A stretch of 20,000 nucleotides of DNA. Origin: an uncultured virus (IMG/VR IMGVR_UViG_3300034279_000522). Taxonomy: Duplodnaviria > Heunggongvirae > Uroviricota > Caudoviricetes. Where the stretch lies: IMG/VR virus record IMGVR_UViG_3300034279_000522, one strand, 5' to 3'. The notes beneath the pieces were generated by a model. It was not told the origin of the DNA and ran no database searches. It saw only the letters and a list, made by a program, of their open reading frames with translations. A program made the position numbers and the translations under genes. Position 1 is the first letter of the stretch. Every line of letters starts with the position of its first letter. Positions 1-8,302 of this stretch are shown piece after piece.

Positions 1-447
1 TCGAATAACTATGAAAAACTAGATGAGATTTTTGGGACTAAGACTGAGCAAGTATCAACTGCAGTAGTTATCCCACCTGCTACCCCAATTCAAGTTCCAG
101 TTGCGTATATACCAACGGGTGATGATATTGAGGATGATTATCAAGTCGCAAGGCAGAAACTTAATACTCTTATCGACAAAAGTCAACAAGCACTTGACGG
201 AATGTTAAACGTTGCACTTGCCAGCGACAGTCCTCGCGCCTATGAAGTTGTCGGACAATTGATAAAAACAACTGGCGATACTGCTAAGGATCTATTGGAT
301 CTTCAGGCAAGGAAAAAGAAATTGCGCGAACAGCAACCAGCAAAGGGTAATATTGAAACCCAGAATAATATTGTGTTTGCTGGTTCAACTGCGGATCTTT
401 TGAAAGCATTGAAAGCAGAGAAGGCAAAAATAATTGATCATGACTGA
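1..447 (+). CDS. gp16: Terminase small subunit (T4 gp16-like), 5'-truncated by the window edge
   Basis: Frame +1 is open from base 1 (SNNYEKLDEIFG...), so the gene starts before the track's 202. Motifs SDSPRAYEVVGQLIK and NNIVFAGSTADLLK are typical of T4-like small terminases. It overlaps the start of the large terminase. Confidence 0.88.
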   Translation, partial: SNNYEKLDEIFGTKTEQVSTAVVIPPATPIQVPVAYIPTGDDIEDDYQVARQKLNTLIDKSQQALDGMLNVALASDSPRAYEVVGQLIKTTGDTAKDLLDLQARKKKLREQQPAKGNIETQNNIVFAGSTADLLKALKAEKAKIIDHD

Positions 448-2059
448 AGAAGAATCCTCGTATCACGGTAATATTAATTTAAAACCGATCGGGCATAAGC
501 ATAGTTTTACAATGGAGCAGTTGGCAGAACTCGAGTTGTGCCAAGAAGATCCCATTTATTTTATTGAGAACTATTGCCAGATCGTTACTCTCGATCACGG
601 TCTTCAGTTATTCAAACTCTATGATTGCCAGAAGCGAAAAGTCGCTCATATTCTGAACAATCGTAAAGCGATTCTTATGGAGGGTCGTCAGCAAGGTAAG
701 ACCATCACATCCGCTGCATGTATCCTCTGGTATACGCTTTTCCAAGAAGCCAAGACTGTCGCTATTATGGCGAACAAAACCTCTGCTGCCAGAGAAGTTA
801 TGTCTCGTTACCAAGGCATGTATGAGAACTTACCACTGTGGATGCAACAAGGCGTAAAAACTTGGAACAAGGGTGACATTGAATTAGAAAATGGATCGAA
901 GGTATTTACTTCGGCGACAACTACCAGCGGTATTCGTGGTAAGTCTGTTAACTGGTTGTATATCGACGAAGCAGCGATTATTCCAAACACTGTTGCTGAG
1001 CAGTTCTTCGCTTCAGTTTATCCTACGATTTCTGCGGGTCAAACAACTAAGATCCTTCTGACCTCAACACCTCTGGGGTATAACCACTTCTGGAAATTCT
1101 GGAACGAAGCAGAAAAGGGCGCAAATGGTTTTGTGCCTATGTTCATTCCATACACTGAAATTCCAGGGCGCGATGATGCATGGGCAGAAGAACAACTAAG
1201 ACTTCTTGGTGAATTGAAATTCAATCAGGAAGTTATGTGTAACTTCCTCGGATCAAGCAATACGCTTATTAATGCTAAGACTCTTGGTAATATGAGTTCT
1301 ATCGATCCCGTCTATACTAAAGATGGATTGGATATCTTCGAAGAACCTATGCCAGACCGAGCATATACGATGACGGTCGACACTGCCAGAGGTATCGGCG
1401 GAGACTACTCCACTGCAGTGGTTATCGACGTTACTACAGTGCCATATAAGATGGTTGCGAAGTATCGAGACAACAAGATTGCTCCACTACTGTTTCCTAA
1501 TATTATAAATAAAGTAGCGAGAGATTATAATTCCGCACACGTATTGATTGAAGTTAATGATATTGGGCAGCAAGTCGCTGATATTTTACATAGCGACTTA
1601 GAATATGATAATATTCTTACCACTGCTCGAGATGCGAACAAACAATACCTGTCTCCTGGATTTGGCAGAACGACAACCTTTGGTGTCAAGATGTCAAAGC
1701 AGGTCAAAAGACAAGGTTGTTTTACGTTTAAGTCGTTATTAGAAGAAATGAAGTTACAAATTTTTGATGCTGATACAATCAGCGAGTTGTCAACGTTTAT
1801 TGAAAAGGCAGGATCGTATCAAGCAGACGAAGGTTATCATGACGACTTAGCAATGTGCCTAGTACTGTTCGGATGGTTAACCACAAACACATACTTTAAA
1901 GATTTGACAGACATAGATATTCGTGAGAAATTATATGCAAATCAAATGAGACAAATTGAAGAAGACCTTACCCCCTTTGGTGTTATTATTAGTGGTACTG
2001 AAGAAGAAGTTTTTATTGCTGGGGGTGATTATTGGAAAGTCGATACATCGTATCGATAA
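440..2059 (+). CDS. gp17: Terminase large subunit (T4 gp17-like)
   Basis: Walker A GRQQGKT, Walker B WLYIDE, coupling motif LTSTP, RNase H-like nuclease motifs TVDTARG and HDDL. ATG at 440 is preferred over TTG at 434. Confidence 0.97.
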   Translation: MTEEESSYHGNINLKPIGHKHSFTMEQLAELELCQEDPIYFIENYCQIVTLDHGLQLFKLYDCQKRKVAHILNNRKAILMEGRQQGKTITSAACILWYTLFQEAKTVAIMANKTSAAREVMSRYQGMYENLPLWMQQGVKTWNKGDIELENGSKVFTSATTTSGIRGKSVNWLYIDEAAIIPNTVAEQFFASVYPTISAGQTTKILLTSTPLGYNHFWKFWNEAEKGANGFVPMFIPYTEIPGRDDAWAEEQLRLLGELKFNQEVMCNFLGSSNTLINAKTLGNMSSIDPVYTKDGLDIFEEPMPDRAYTMTVDTARGIGGDYSTAVVIDVTTVPYKMVAKYRDNKIAPLLFPNIINKVARDYNSAHVLIEVNDIGQQVADILHSDLEYDNILTTARDANKQYLSPGFGRTTTFGVKMSKQVKRQGCFTFKSLLEEMKLQIFDADTISELSTFIEKAGSYQADEGYHDDLAMCLVLFGWLTTNTYFKDLTDIDIREKLYANQMRQIEEDLTPFGVIISGTEEEVFIAGGDYWKVDTSYR

Positions 2060-2076
2060 ACACAAAATACATGAGT

Positions 2077-2084
2077 TATAAATA
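2077..2084 (+). promoter_or_regulatory. T4-type late promoter (gp55-dependent) for gp18
   Basis: Exact TATAAATA in the gp17-gp18 intergenic region, followed by RBS AAGGAG before the ATG at 2128. Confidence 0.85.
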
Positions 2085-2127
2085 AAAGATAAAATGAAAC
2101 TGATCATTTTAACATAAGGAGAAAAAC

Positions 2128-3816
2128 ATGGCTTTTCAGTTATCGCCTGGAGTCCTAGTTACCGAGCAAGACCTTACTAATGTAGTTCCAGCAGTTTCAA
2201 CATCTGCTGGTGCATTCGTTGGCAACTTCGCATGGGGACCAGCGCAAGAAATCGTTACTATTGGATCTGAAAACGAACTTGTAAGTAAGTTCGGTGGACC
2301 AAATAGCACTAATGCAGTAGACTTCTATTCTGCTGCAAACTTCCTAGCATATACTACCAACCTCAAACTCGTTCGTGCAGTCGGTTCGACCGCAAGAAAC
2401 GCTGTTGGATGCGGTCAAACTGCAGTTCTCATTCCAAACCAAACCGTTTATGAAGATAGTTTCAGCGATGGTACTGAAACATATGAATTTGCTGCAAAGT
2501 ATCCTGGAACAAAAGGTAACAGTCTGATTGTTTCAATCTGTGACTCAACTGGTTTCGACACATGGGATTATGCAGCGAATTTCTCTGGTGCGCCAGGAAC
2601 TTCTGCCTATGCTGCTGCTAAGGGTGCATCTAAAGATGAAGTCCACGTAATCGTAGTCGATAATCTCGGGATGTTCACAGGAACTGCAGGAACAGTTCTT
2701 GAGAAGTTCCCATATTTGTCAGTTGCATCCGATGCAAAGGGCAATGACGGTGGAACACTCTACTATAAGAACGTAATCAACACACAATCAAAGTATGCTT
2801 GGTGGGGTAAACACCCAACTCAGGATGATACTGAAGACCTTTCATGGGGTGCTGCTGCCAGCGCTGGTGTATATCAACCTATCGATACTGCGGGTGAACA
2901 CACTTGCACGTTCACAGGTGGTGTTGATGCTGCCCCTGCTACTGGCGATCTTGAAGATGGTTACTCGTTGTTTACAGATAAAGAACTAGTAGATATCTCT
3001 CTTGTAATTACTGGCGGACACAGTGACGCTGTTTGCCAACATGCAATTGATACACTTTCACTTGGTCGTTTAGATTGCGTTACCTTTGTTTCTCCTCCTC
3101 TTGCCGCTGTCAAGAACAACTCAGGGGATGAAGCAGATGATATCGTCACATACTTCAAAGAAGATCTAAATCGTTTCAGTTCGTATGTTGTTGCTGACTC
3201 AGGTTGGAAGCGCCAATACGATCGTTACAATGACGTGTTTGTAAACGTTCCTTTGAACGCTGACATTGCTGGTCTTTGTGCACGTACTGACAATACCAAT
3301 GATCCATGGTTCTCACCTGCTGGTCTAAATCGTGGTGCGATTAAGAATGTTGTTAAACTTCTTTGGTCTCCAAACCAAACAAATCGCGACGAATTGTATA
3401 AGAATGGTATCAACCCTGTTGCAAGTCTTGCAGGAAACGGTATTGTTCTCTATGGTGACAAGACACTTCTTGCTAAACCATCGGCATTCGATCGTATCAA
3501 TGTTCGTCGTCTGTTCATCGTTCTTGAGAAGGCAATCTCGACTGCTGCTAAGTTCCAGTTGTTCGAATTCAACGATGTCTTTACTCGTGCACAGTTCAAG
3601 TCGATCGTAGAACCATTCCTCCGCGATGTTCGTGGTCGCCGTGGTATCTTTGACTTCCGTGTTGTGTGTGACGAATCAAATAACACTGGCGAAGTAATTG
3701 ACCGTAACGAATTCGTTGCTGACATCTTTATCAAACCAGCAAAATCGATTAACTTCATCAAATTGAATTTCGTCGCTACGAGAACTTCAATTTCGTTTGA
3801 AGAAGTCGGCGCATAA
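2128..3816 (+). CDS. gp18: Contractile tail sheath protein (T4 gp18-like)
   Basis: N-terminal LSPGV, FAWGP, PWFSPAG, and C-terminal SAFDRINVRRLF and FEFND motifs. Located directly after the terminase. Confidence 0.97.
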   Translation: MAFQLSPGVLVTEQDLTNVVPAVSTSAGAFVGNFAWGPAQEIVTIGSENELVSKFGGPNSTNAVDFYSAANFLAYTTNLKLVRAVGSTARNAVGCGQTAVLIPNQTVYEDSFSDGTETYEFAAKYPGTKGNSLIVSICDSTGFDTWDYAANFSGAPGTSAYAAAKGASKDEVHVIVVDNLGMFTGTAGTVLEKFPYLSVASDAKGNDGGTLYYKNVINTQSKYAWWGKHPTQDDTEDLSWGAAASAGVYQPIDTAGEHTCTFTGGVDAAPATGDLEDGYSLFTDKELVDISLVITGGHSDAVCQHAIDTLSLGRLDCVTFVSPPLAAVKNNSGDEADDIVTYFKEDLNRFSSYVVADSGWKRQYDRYNDVFVNVPLNADIAGLCARTDNTNDPWFSPAGLNRGAIKNVVKLLWSPNQTNRDELYKNGINPVASLAGNGIVLYGDKTLLAKPSAFDRINVRRLFIVLEKAISTAAKFQLFEFNDVFTRAQFKSIVEPFLRDVRGRRGIFDFRVVCDESNNTGEVIDRNEFVADIFIKPAKSINFIKLNFVATRTSISFEEVGA

Positions 3817-3819
3817 CCC

Positions 3820-3827
3820 TATAAATA
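3820..3827 (+). promoter_or_regulatory. T4-type late promoter for gp19
   Basis: Exact TATAAATA in the gp18-gp19 intergenic region. Confidence 0.85.
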
Positions 3828-3849
3828 AGAAAGAAATGGAGATCTAATA

Positions 3850-4389
3850 ATGGATATTTCACAATTTAAGGGGTTACTTGGGGCTGGTGGTGCAAGACCT
3901 AACCAATTCCGCGTACTCCTAACCTTCCCTCAATTGGTTGGTGCAAACATCGGTGAGGCATCTTTGCTTGTTACGGGTGCTGCACTTCCTGCGTCTAACG
4001 TAAACCCAACTCTACTTCAGTATCGTGGTCGTGAAGTTAAACTCGCTGGTGAGCGTGTCTTCGATCCATGGACAATTACTATTGTAAACGATACAGAATT
4101 TAAACTTCGTCGTCCATTCGAAAGATGGATGAATCTCATGAACAATCTGGTCACCAACAGAGGTGAAACTAGACCAAGCAGCTACCAAACAGAAATCACT
4201 GTGACGCATCTTGATCGCAACGATGTTCCTCTTCAAACCTATGTACTTGCAGATGCATTCCCGATTAACATGTCGGAAATTGCTCTTCAGTATGGTCAGA
4301 ACGATGTCGTTGAAGAGTTTACAGTAACATTCCAGTACCAGCACTATACCACTTTTGCTGGTGGTCGTCCTGAAGAAACTCTTGCGTAA
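3850..4389 (+). CDS. gp19: Tail tube protein (T4 gp19-like)
   Basis: GGARPNQF, YRGREVKLAGERVFDPWTITIVND and EEFTVTFQY motifs. Lies between sheath and portal genes. Confidence 0.95.
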   Translation: MDISQFKGLLGAGGARPNQFRVLLTFPQLVGANIGEASLLVTGAALPASNVNPTLLQYRGREVKLAGERVFDPWTITIVNDTEFKLRRPFERWMNLMNNLVTNRGETRPSSYQTEITVTHLDRNDVPLQTYVLADAFPINMSEIALQYGQNDVVEEFTVTFQYQHYTTFAGGRPEETLA

Positions 4390-4411
4390 TATTGAAAAGT
4401 AAAATTGAATA

Positions 4412-5926
4412 ATGGAAATTTTTGGTTATAAAGTTGAAAAATCCAAGGCGGCACCGACGGAAAAATCGTTTGTGCCGCCAACGGACGATGGCGGTTCCGA
4501 TGTCATAAAGGCAGGTGGTTATTTTGGCACCTACCTTGACTTAGACGGAACCGCCAACACCGAGGCAGAACTTATTAAAAAGTATCGCGACATTGCCTTC
4601 ATGGCAGATGTCGATTCTGCCATTGATGATATCGTGAATGATTCTATTTCAAACCTCGACGATGAACGTCCAGTTGAAATCAATCTTGATAATGTCAAAC
4701 TATCTGACTCTATTAAGAAAAAGATTCAACTAGAGTTTGAATCAGTTTTAGATCTATTAGAGTTTAATCTAAGAGCGCAAGACTATTATCGTCGTTGGTA
4801 TATTGATGGTAGAATTTACTTTCATAAAGTAATTGATACCGCAAAACCAAAAGAAGGTATTACTGATATTCGTTTTATCGATCCTCGTAAGATTAAAAAA
4901 GTCCGAGAGATCTTTAAAGAAAAAGATGAAAAATCAGGTGTTGAGTTCATCAAGAAGATCGAAGAATACTTTGTTTATAATGAACGTGGCATTGTCCTGG
5001 ATAAAGCACAAACTGCTTCTCCTGGATCTGCTGCAACAATGAGGGTTACTAGGGATGCGATTTGTTATGTTCCTTCTGGTCTAAGTGATCAGGATAAGAA
5101 CATCCCATTGTCGTATCTGCATAAAGCGATCCGTCCCGCCAATCAGTTGCGCATGATGGAAAACGCTGCAGTAATCTACAGAATTTCGAGAGCACCAGAA
5201 CGTCGCGTATTCTATGTTGACGTTGGTAATCTCCCTAAGATTAAAGCGGAACAATACCTTGCTGGTATTATGAATCAGTATAGAAATAAACTGGTCTATG
5301 ATGGTAACACTGGTGAAATCCGCGACGATAAAAAGTTTATGTCAATGCTTGAAGATTTCTGGTTGCCTCGCCGCGAAGGTGGTAGAGGAACCCAGATTGA
5401 AACACTTCCAGGTGGTCAGAGTCTCGGCGAAATCGGTGACATCGACTACTTCCAGAAGAAACTATTTCAATCATTGAACGTTCCAATTTCAAGAATGCAA
5501 CAGCAGTCTGGATTAAACTTCGGACGTGCTGCTGAAATTAATCGCGATGAGTGGAAGTTTACTAAGTTTATTGCTAAACTTCGTCGTCGTTTCTCTCTTC
5601 TGTTCGACGATCTTCTTAAGACCCAGTTAATCCTCAAGGGTATCATTACCGAGGCAGACTGGAATCTGATTAAGAACAATATTGAATACAAGTATGCTAC
5701 TGATGCATATTATACTGAGTCGAAAGAACAGCAAATTATACAATCTCGCGTTGAGATTCTTAATGGGATGGCAAATTATATCGGCACGTTATACAGCAAA
5801 GAATATGTCCAAAAGAATATTCTCAAACTAACTGATGACGATATTGCACAAATTGAATTAGATAATAAGGCGGATCCAGTTCAATTAGAACCTGCGATGC
5901 AACCGCCGCCAGAAGAAGGACAATAA
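4412..5926 (+). CDS. gp20: Portal vertex protein (T4 gp20-like)
   Basis: RRWYIDGR, YRISRAPERRVFYVDVGNLP and MLEDFWLPRREGGRGT motifs. Confidence 0.97.
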   Translation: MEIFGYKVEKSKAAPTEKSFVPPTDDGGSDVIKAGGYFGTYLDLDGTANTEAELIKKYRDIAFMADVDSAIDDIVNDSISNLDDERPVEINLDNVKLSDSIKKKIQLEFESVLDLLEFNLRAQDYYRRWYIDGRIYFHKVIDTAKPKEGITDIRFIDPRKIKKVREIFKEKDEKSGVEFIKKIEEYFVYNERGIVLDKAQTASPGSAATMRVTRDAICYVPSGLSDQDKNIPLSYLHKAIRPANQLRMMENAAVIYRISRAPERRVFYVDVGNLPKIKAEQYLAGIMNQYRNKLVYDGNTGEIRDDKKFMSMLEDFWLPRREGGRGTQIETLPGGQSLGEIGDIDYFQKKLFQSLNVPISRMQQQSGLNFGRAAEINRDEWKFTKFIAKLRRRFSLLFDDLLKTQLILKGIITEADWNLIKNNIEYKYATDAYYTESKEQQIIQSRVEILNGMANYIGTLYSKEYVQKNILKLTDDDIAQIELDNKADPVQLEPAMQPPPEEGQ

Positions 5927-5928
5927 TA

Positions 5929-6129
5929 ATGGACAATACTGAGGTTATTAAAAGTTTAATAAATAATATCGAAGCAGGTAATATGACTGATGCGAACGAT
6001 GATTTCAGCGCTGCGTTAGATTTAAAACTTGCAGATATTCTTTCTGCTCGTCGCGAAGAAATGGCAAATGCTGTTTTTAATTCGAGCGAAGAAGTAGAAA
6101 CAGAAGGGGATCCCGATGAAGACGTATAA
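5929..6129 (+). CDS. Small acidic prohead core protein (gp67-like)
   Basis: 66 aa, acidic and helical-looking, immediately after the portal gene where T4 has gp67. Assignment rests on synteny and composition only. Confidence 0.6.
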   Translation: MDNTEVIKSLINNIEAGNMTDANDDFSAALDLKLADILSARREEMANAVFNSSEEVETEGDPDEDV

Positions 6130-7207
6130 AGAATTGGTAGAAGGTATCAATGAAACTCTCTCTTTACTAGAGGAAGTCGAAGGTCTTCATGAAGATCTCG
6201 GTAAACATCTTGCGCATGCTGTTAAACATTTGGGTATTGCACAAATCGGCGATGTCGATCATCCAGAGAAGCACGAGAAAAAGTTCCACGACGCCGTAGA
6301 AAAAGTAAGACAGTCTCACGGAGAACAAGCGGCGAAAGACTTTCACGCCCATGCTCATGATGAAGCCCATCACTTAACAGGATCTGGTCCTGGTGAACGA
6401 GGATCGCAGTTCCATAAACATATGTCAGACAGCGAAAAGAAATCATATACTAAGCATTTTAATAAACTTCTAGGCGAAGAAGTCGAAGGTATCCAAGAAC
6501 TTTCAACGGATACGCTTAGAAAGTATAGAACAAAAGCGAAAGATGATGCATACGATGCAGCTGATGTTGATGACGATCGTCGCCTTCGTAAACGTTCAAT
6601 GGGTTCGTGGGATGCTGGTAAAAAGATTCTAAAGCGTGGCGATAAACTGCGAGCAGAAGAATTCGATTTCGATTTATTCGAATCAATTATGCTAGGCGAA
6701 GGCGATCTATCCATTCGCACTTTGTATAACAAATATGCAGATCATGCTCTGGGTTCTGGAGATAGTCCAGAACCCAAGAAAGCTGCTGCAGTCAAAAAAG
6801 CAATTACCAAGGTTCATGGTTCGACTGTTATGGGTCATCTAGAAAAAGCCAAGAATGCTGCTGCTAAAAATGATCAAGATTCAGAAAGTCATCATTTCAA
6901 CGCTGCTAGAAATGCAGCAAAAACAGACACTATGAGTGCAACTGTTGGTAAGAATCGTTCTTCTATGCGAAAAGAAGAATTCGATCTTGATGAAAGTCGT
7001 ATGAAAGATCTGGCGACGGATATGGAATCATTGTCGCATGCAGATTTTAAAAGAAAACATAGAAGAACAAAGCAAGAAATGCAAAGTTCTTTGAAATCTG
7101 AAGAACTAAAGGGTAATCAACATAAGATTGATGCCAATAAGAATGGTAAGGTTGACGGACACGATTTCAAGATCCTTCGTAATCAGAAAAAAGCAAGATA
7201 CCAGTAA
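6116..7207 (+). CDS. Putative internal head / prohead core polyprotein (His/Lys-rich modules, C-terminal EF-hand-like loop)
   Basis: N-terminus MKTYKELVE resembles the T4 capsid targeting sequence MKTYQEFIAE. It has repeated EEVEG/EEFD acidic linkers and lies between the portal and prohead protease genes. Confidence 0.65.
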   Translation: MKTYKELVEGINETLSLLEEVEGLHEDLGKHLAHAVKHLGIAQIGDVDHPEKHEKKFHDAVEKVRQSHGEQAAKDFHAHAHDEAHHLTGSGPGERGSQFHKHMSDSEKKSYTKHFNKLLGEEVEGIQELSTDTLRKYRTKAKDDAYDAADVDDDRRLRKRSMGSWDAGKKILKRGDKLRAEEFDFDLFESIMLGEGDLSIRTLYNKYADHALGSGDSPEPKKAAAVKKAITKVHGSTVMGHLEKAKNAAAKNDQDSESHHFNAARNAAKTDTMSATVGKNRSSMRKEEFDLDESRMKDLATDMESLSHADFKRKHRRTKQEMQSSLKSEELKGNQHKIDANKNGKVDGHDFKILRNQKKARYQ

Positions 7208-7217
7208 GGAATATTAG

Positions 7218-7595
7218 ATGGCAACTAAGGCGGTTCTAAAACTAACACAGGTTCATGGTGTGGTGAAAGTGCGTGGCACGGGATCCGCTACCATCGCGCT
7301 TGCCACCGATCTGAAGAAGACTTCAGAAACTCAATCTTCACCAAAGGCGAACATTCGCACTCTTCATTGGGCGTGTGCAGTAGCAACCACTGCTACTATT
7401 GCGAGAGACGGGGAAGTTCTGTACTATCTTTCAGGATCTGGTAAGATGGAATTCATGGGTTGGTCTGACAACGAAGAAAACGGTTCAGACATCGTCGTAG
7501 ATTTCTCGTCAGGTACTGGTTCAGTAGTTCTAGAACTTGCTAAGGTTTCTGGATATGGTTCGCAGCAACATCAGGACCAAGGAGATTTAGGATAA
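7218..7595 (+). CDS. Hypothetical protein, probably virion-associated
   Basis: 125-aa ORF with RBS AAGGA. Its stop overlaps the gp21 start (TAATG). The alternating hydrophobic pattern suggests a beta-rich fold. Confidence 0.7.
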   Translation: MATKAVLKLTQVHGVVKVRGTGSATIALATDLKKTSETQSSPKANIRTLHWACAVATTATIARDGEVLYYLSGSGKMEFMGWSDNEENGSDIVVDFSSGTGSVVLELAKVSGYGSQQHQDQGDLG

Positions 7596-8251
7596 TGAAA
7601 CTTATTACTGAAGTAAACGACAACGTTCGTTATATCACTGAAGAAAAAGACGGTAAGAAATCCCTCTACATTGAAGGTGTTTTCCTACAATCAAATCTCA
7701 AGAATCGTAATGGACGTATGTATCCTGCTGAGATTATGGAAAAAGAAGTTGAGCGTTACATGTCTGAAGCAGTGAACAACAAGAGAGCATTCGGCGAACT
7801 TGGTCACCCAGACGGTCCTTCAATTAACCTCGACCGTGTATCTCATATCGTTACCGAACTCTATAGAGATGGCGATAACTGGATGGGTAAAGCGAAGATC
7901 ACTGATACTCCTATGGGTAATATTGCCCGTGGTTTGATTGAATCAGGTGGTCAACTTGGCGTTTCTTCAAGAGGACTTGGTACTCTGAAAGAGAATAGAG
8001 ATGGGGTTCAGATCGTCCAAGACGATTTCCATCTTGCAACCGCAGCAGATATTGTTGCGGATCCTTCTGCTCCTGATGCTTTCGTAAGAGGGATTATGGA
8101 AAATAAAGAATGGGTGATTGTTAACGGTCTGTGGACTGAACAAGCAAATGATATGGCGAAAAAGGTCATCAAGAAGGCGAGCAAAAAGCAACTCGAAGAA
8201 GCAAAGATGGTAGTTTTTGAGAATTTCCTCAATAGACTTGCTAGAATTTAA
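7595..8251 (+). CDS. gp21: Prohead core protease (T4 gp21-like)
   Basis: MKLITE start, NRNGRMYP, GELGHP (catalytic His), GVSSRGLG (catalytic Ser) and DIVADPSAPDAFV. Confidence 0.97.
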   Translation: MKLITEVNDNVRYITEEKDGKKSLYIEGVFLQSNLKNRNGRMYPAEIMEKEVERYMSEAVNNKRAFGELGHPDGPSINLDRVSHIVTELYRDGDNWMGKAKITDTPMGNIARGLIESGGQLGVSSRGLGTLKENRDGVQIVQDDFHLATAADIVADPSAPDAFVRGIMENKEWVIVNGLWTEQANDMAKKVIKKASKKQLEEAKMVVFENFLNRLARI

Positions 8252-8262
8252 AGTTTCTTTAT

Positions 8263-8270
8263 TATAAATA
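8263..8270 (+). promoter_or_regulatory. T4-type late promoter for gp22
   Basis: Exact intergenic TATAAATA, followed by RBS AGGAG. Confidence 0.85.
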
Positions 8271-8302
8271 AAAGACTAAGATCCGAAATTTAGGAGAAAA
8301 AA

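Noticed and set aside
5958..5965. AATAAATA late-promoter-like variant inside the gp67-like gene (similar copies in uvsW and gp46)
   Set aside because: One mismatch, within coding sequence, and expected by chance in AT-rich DNA.
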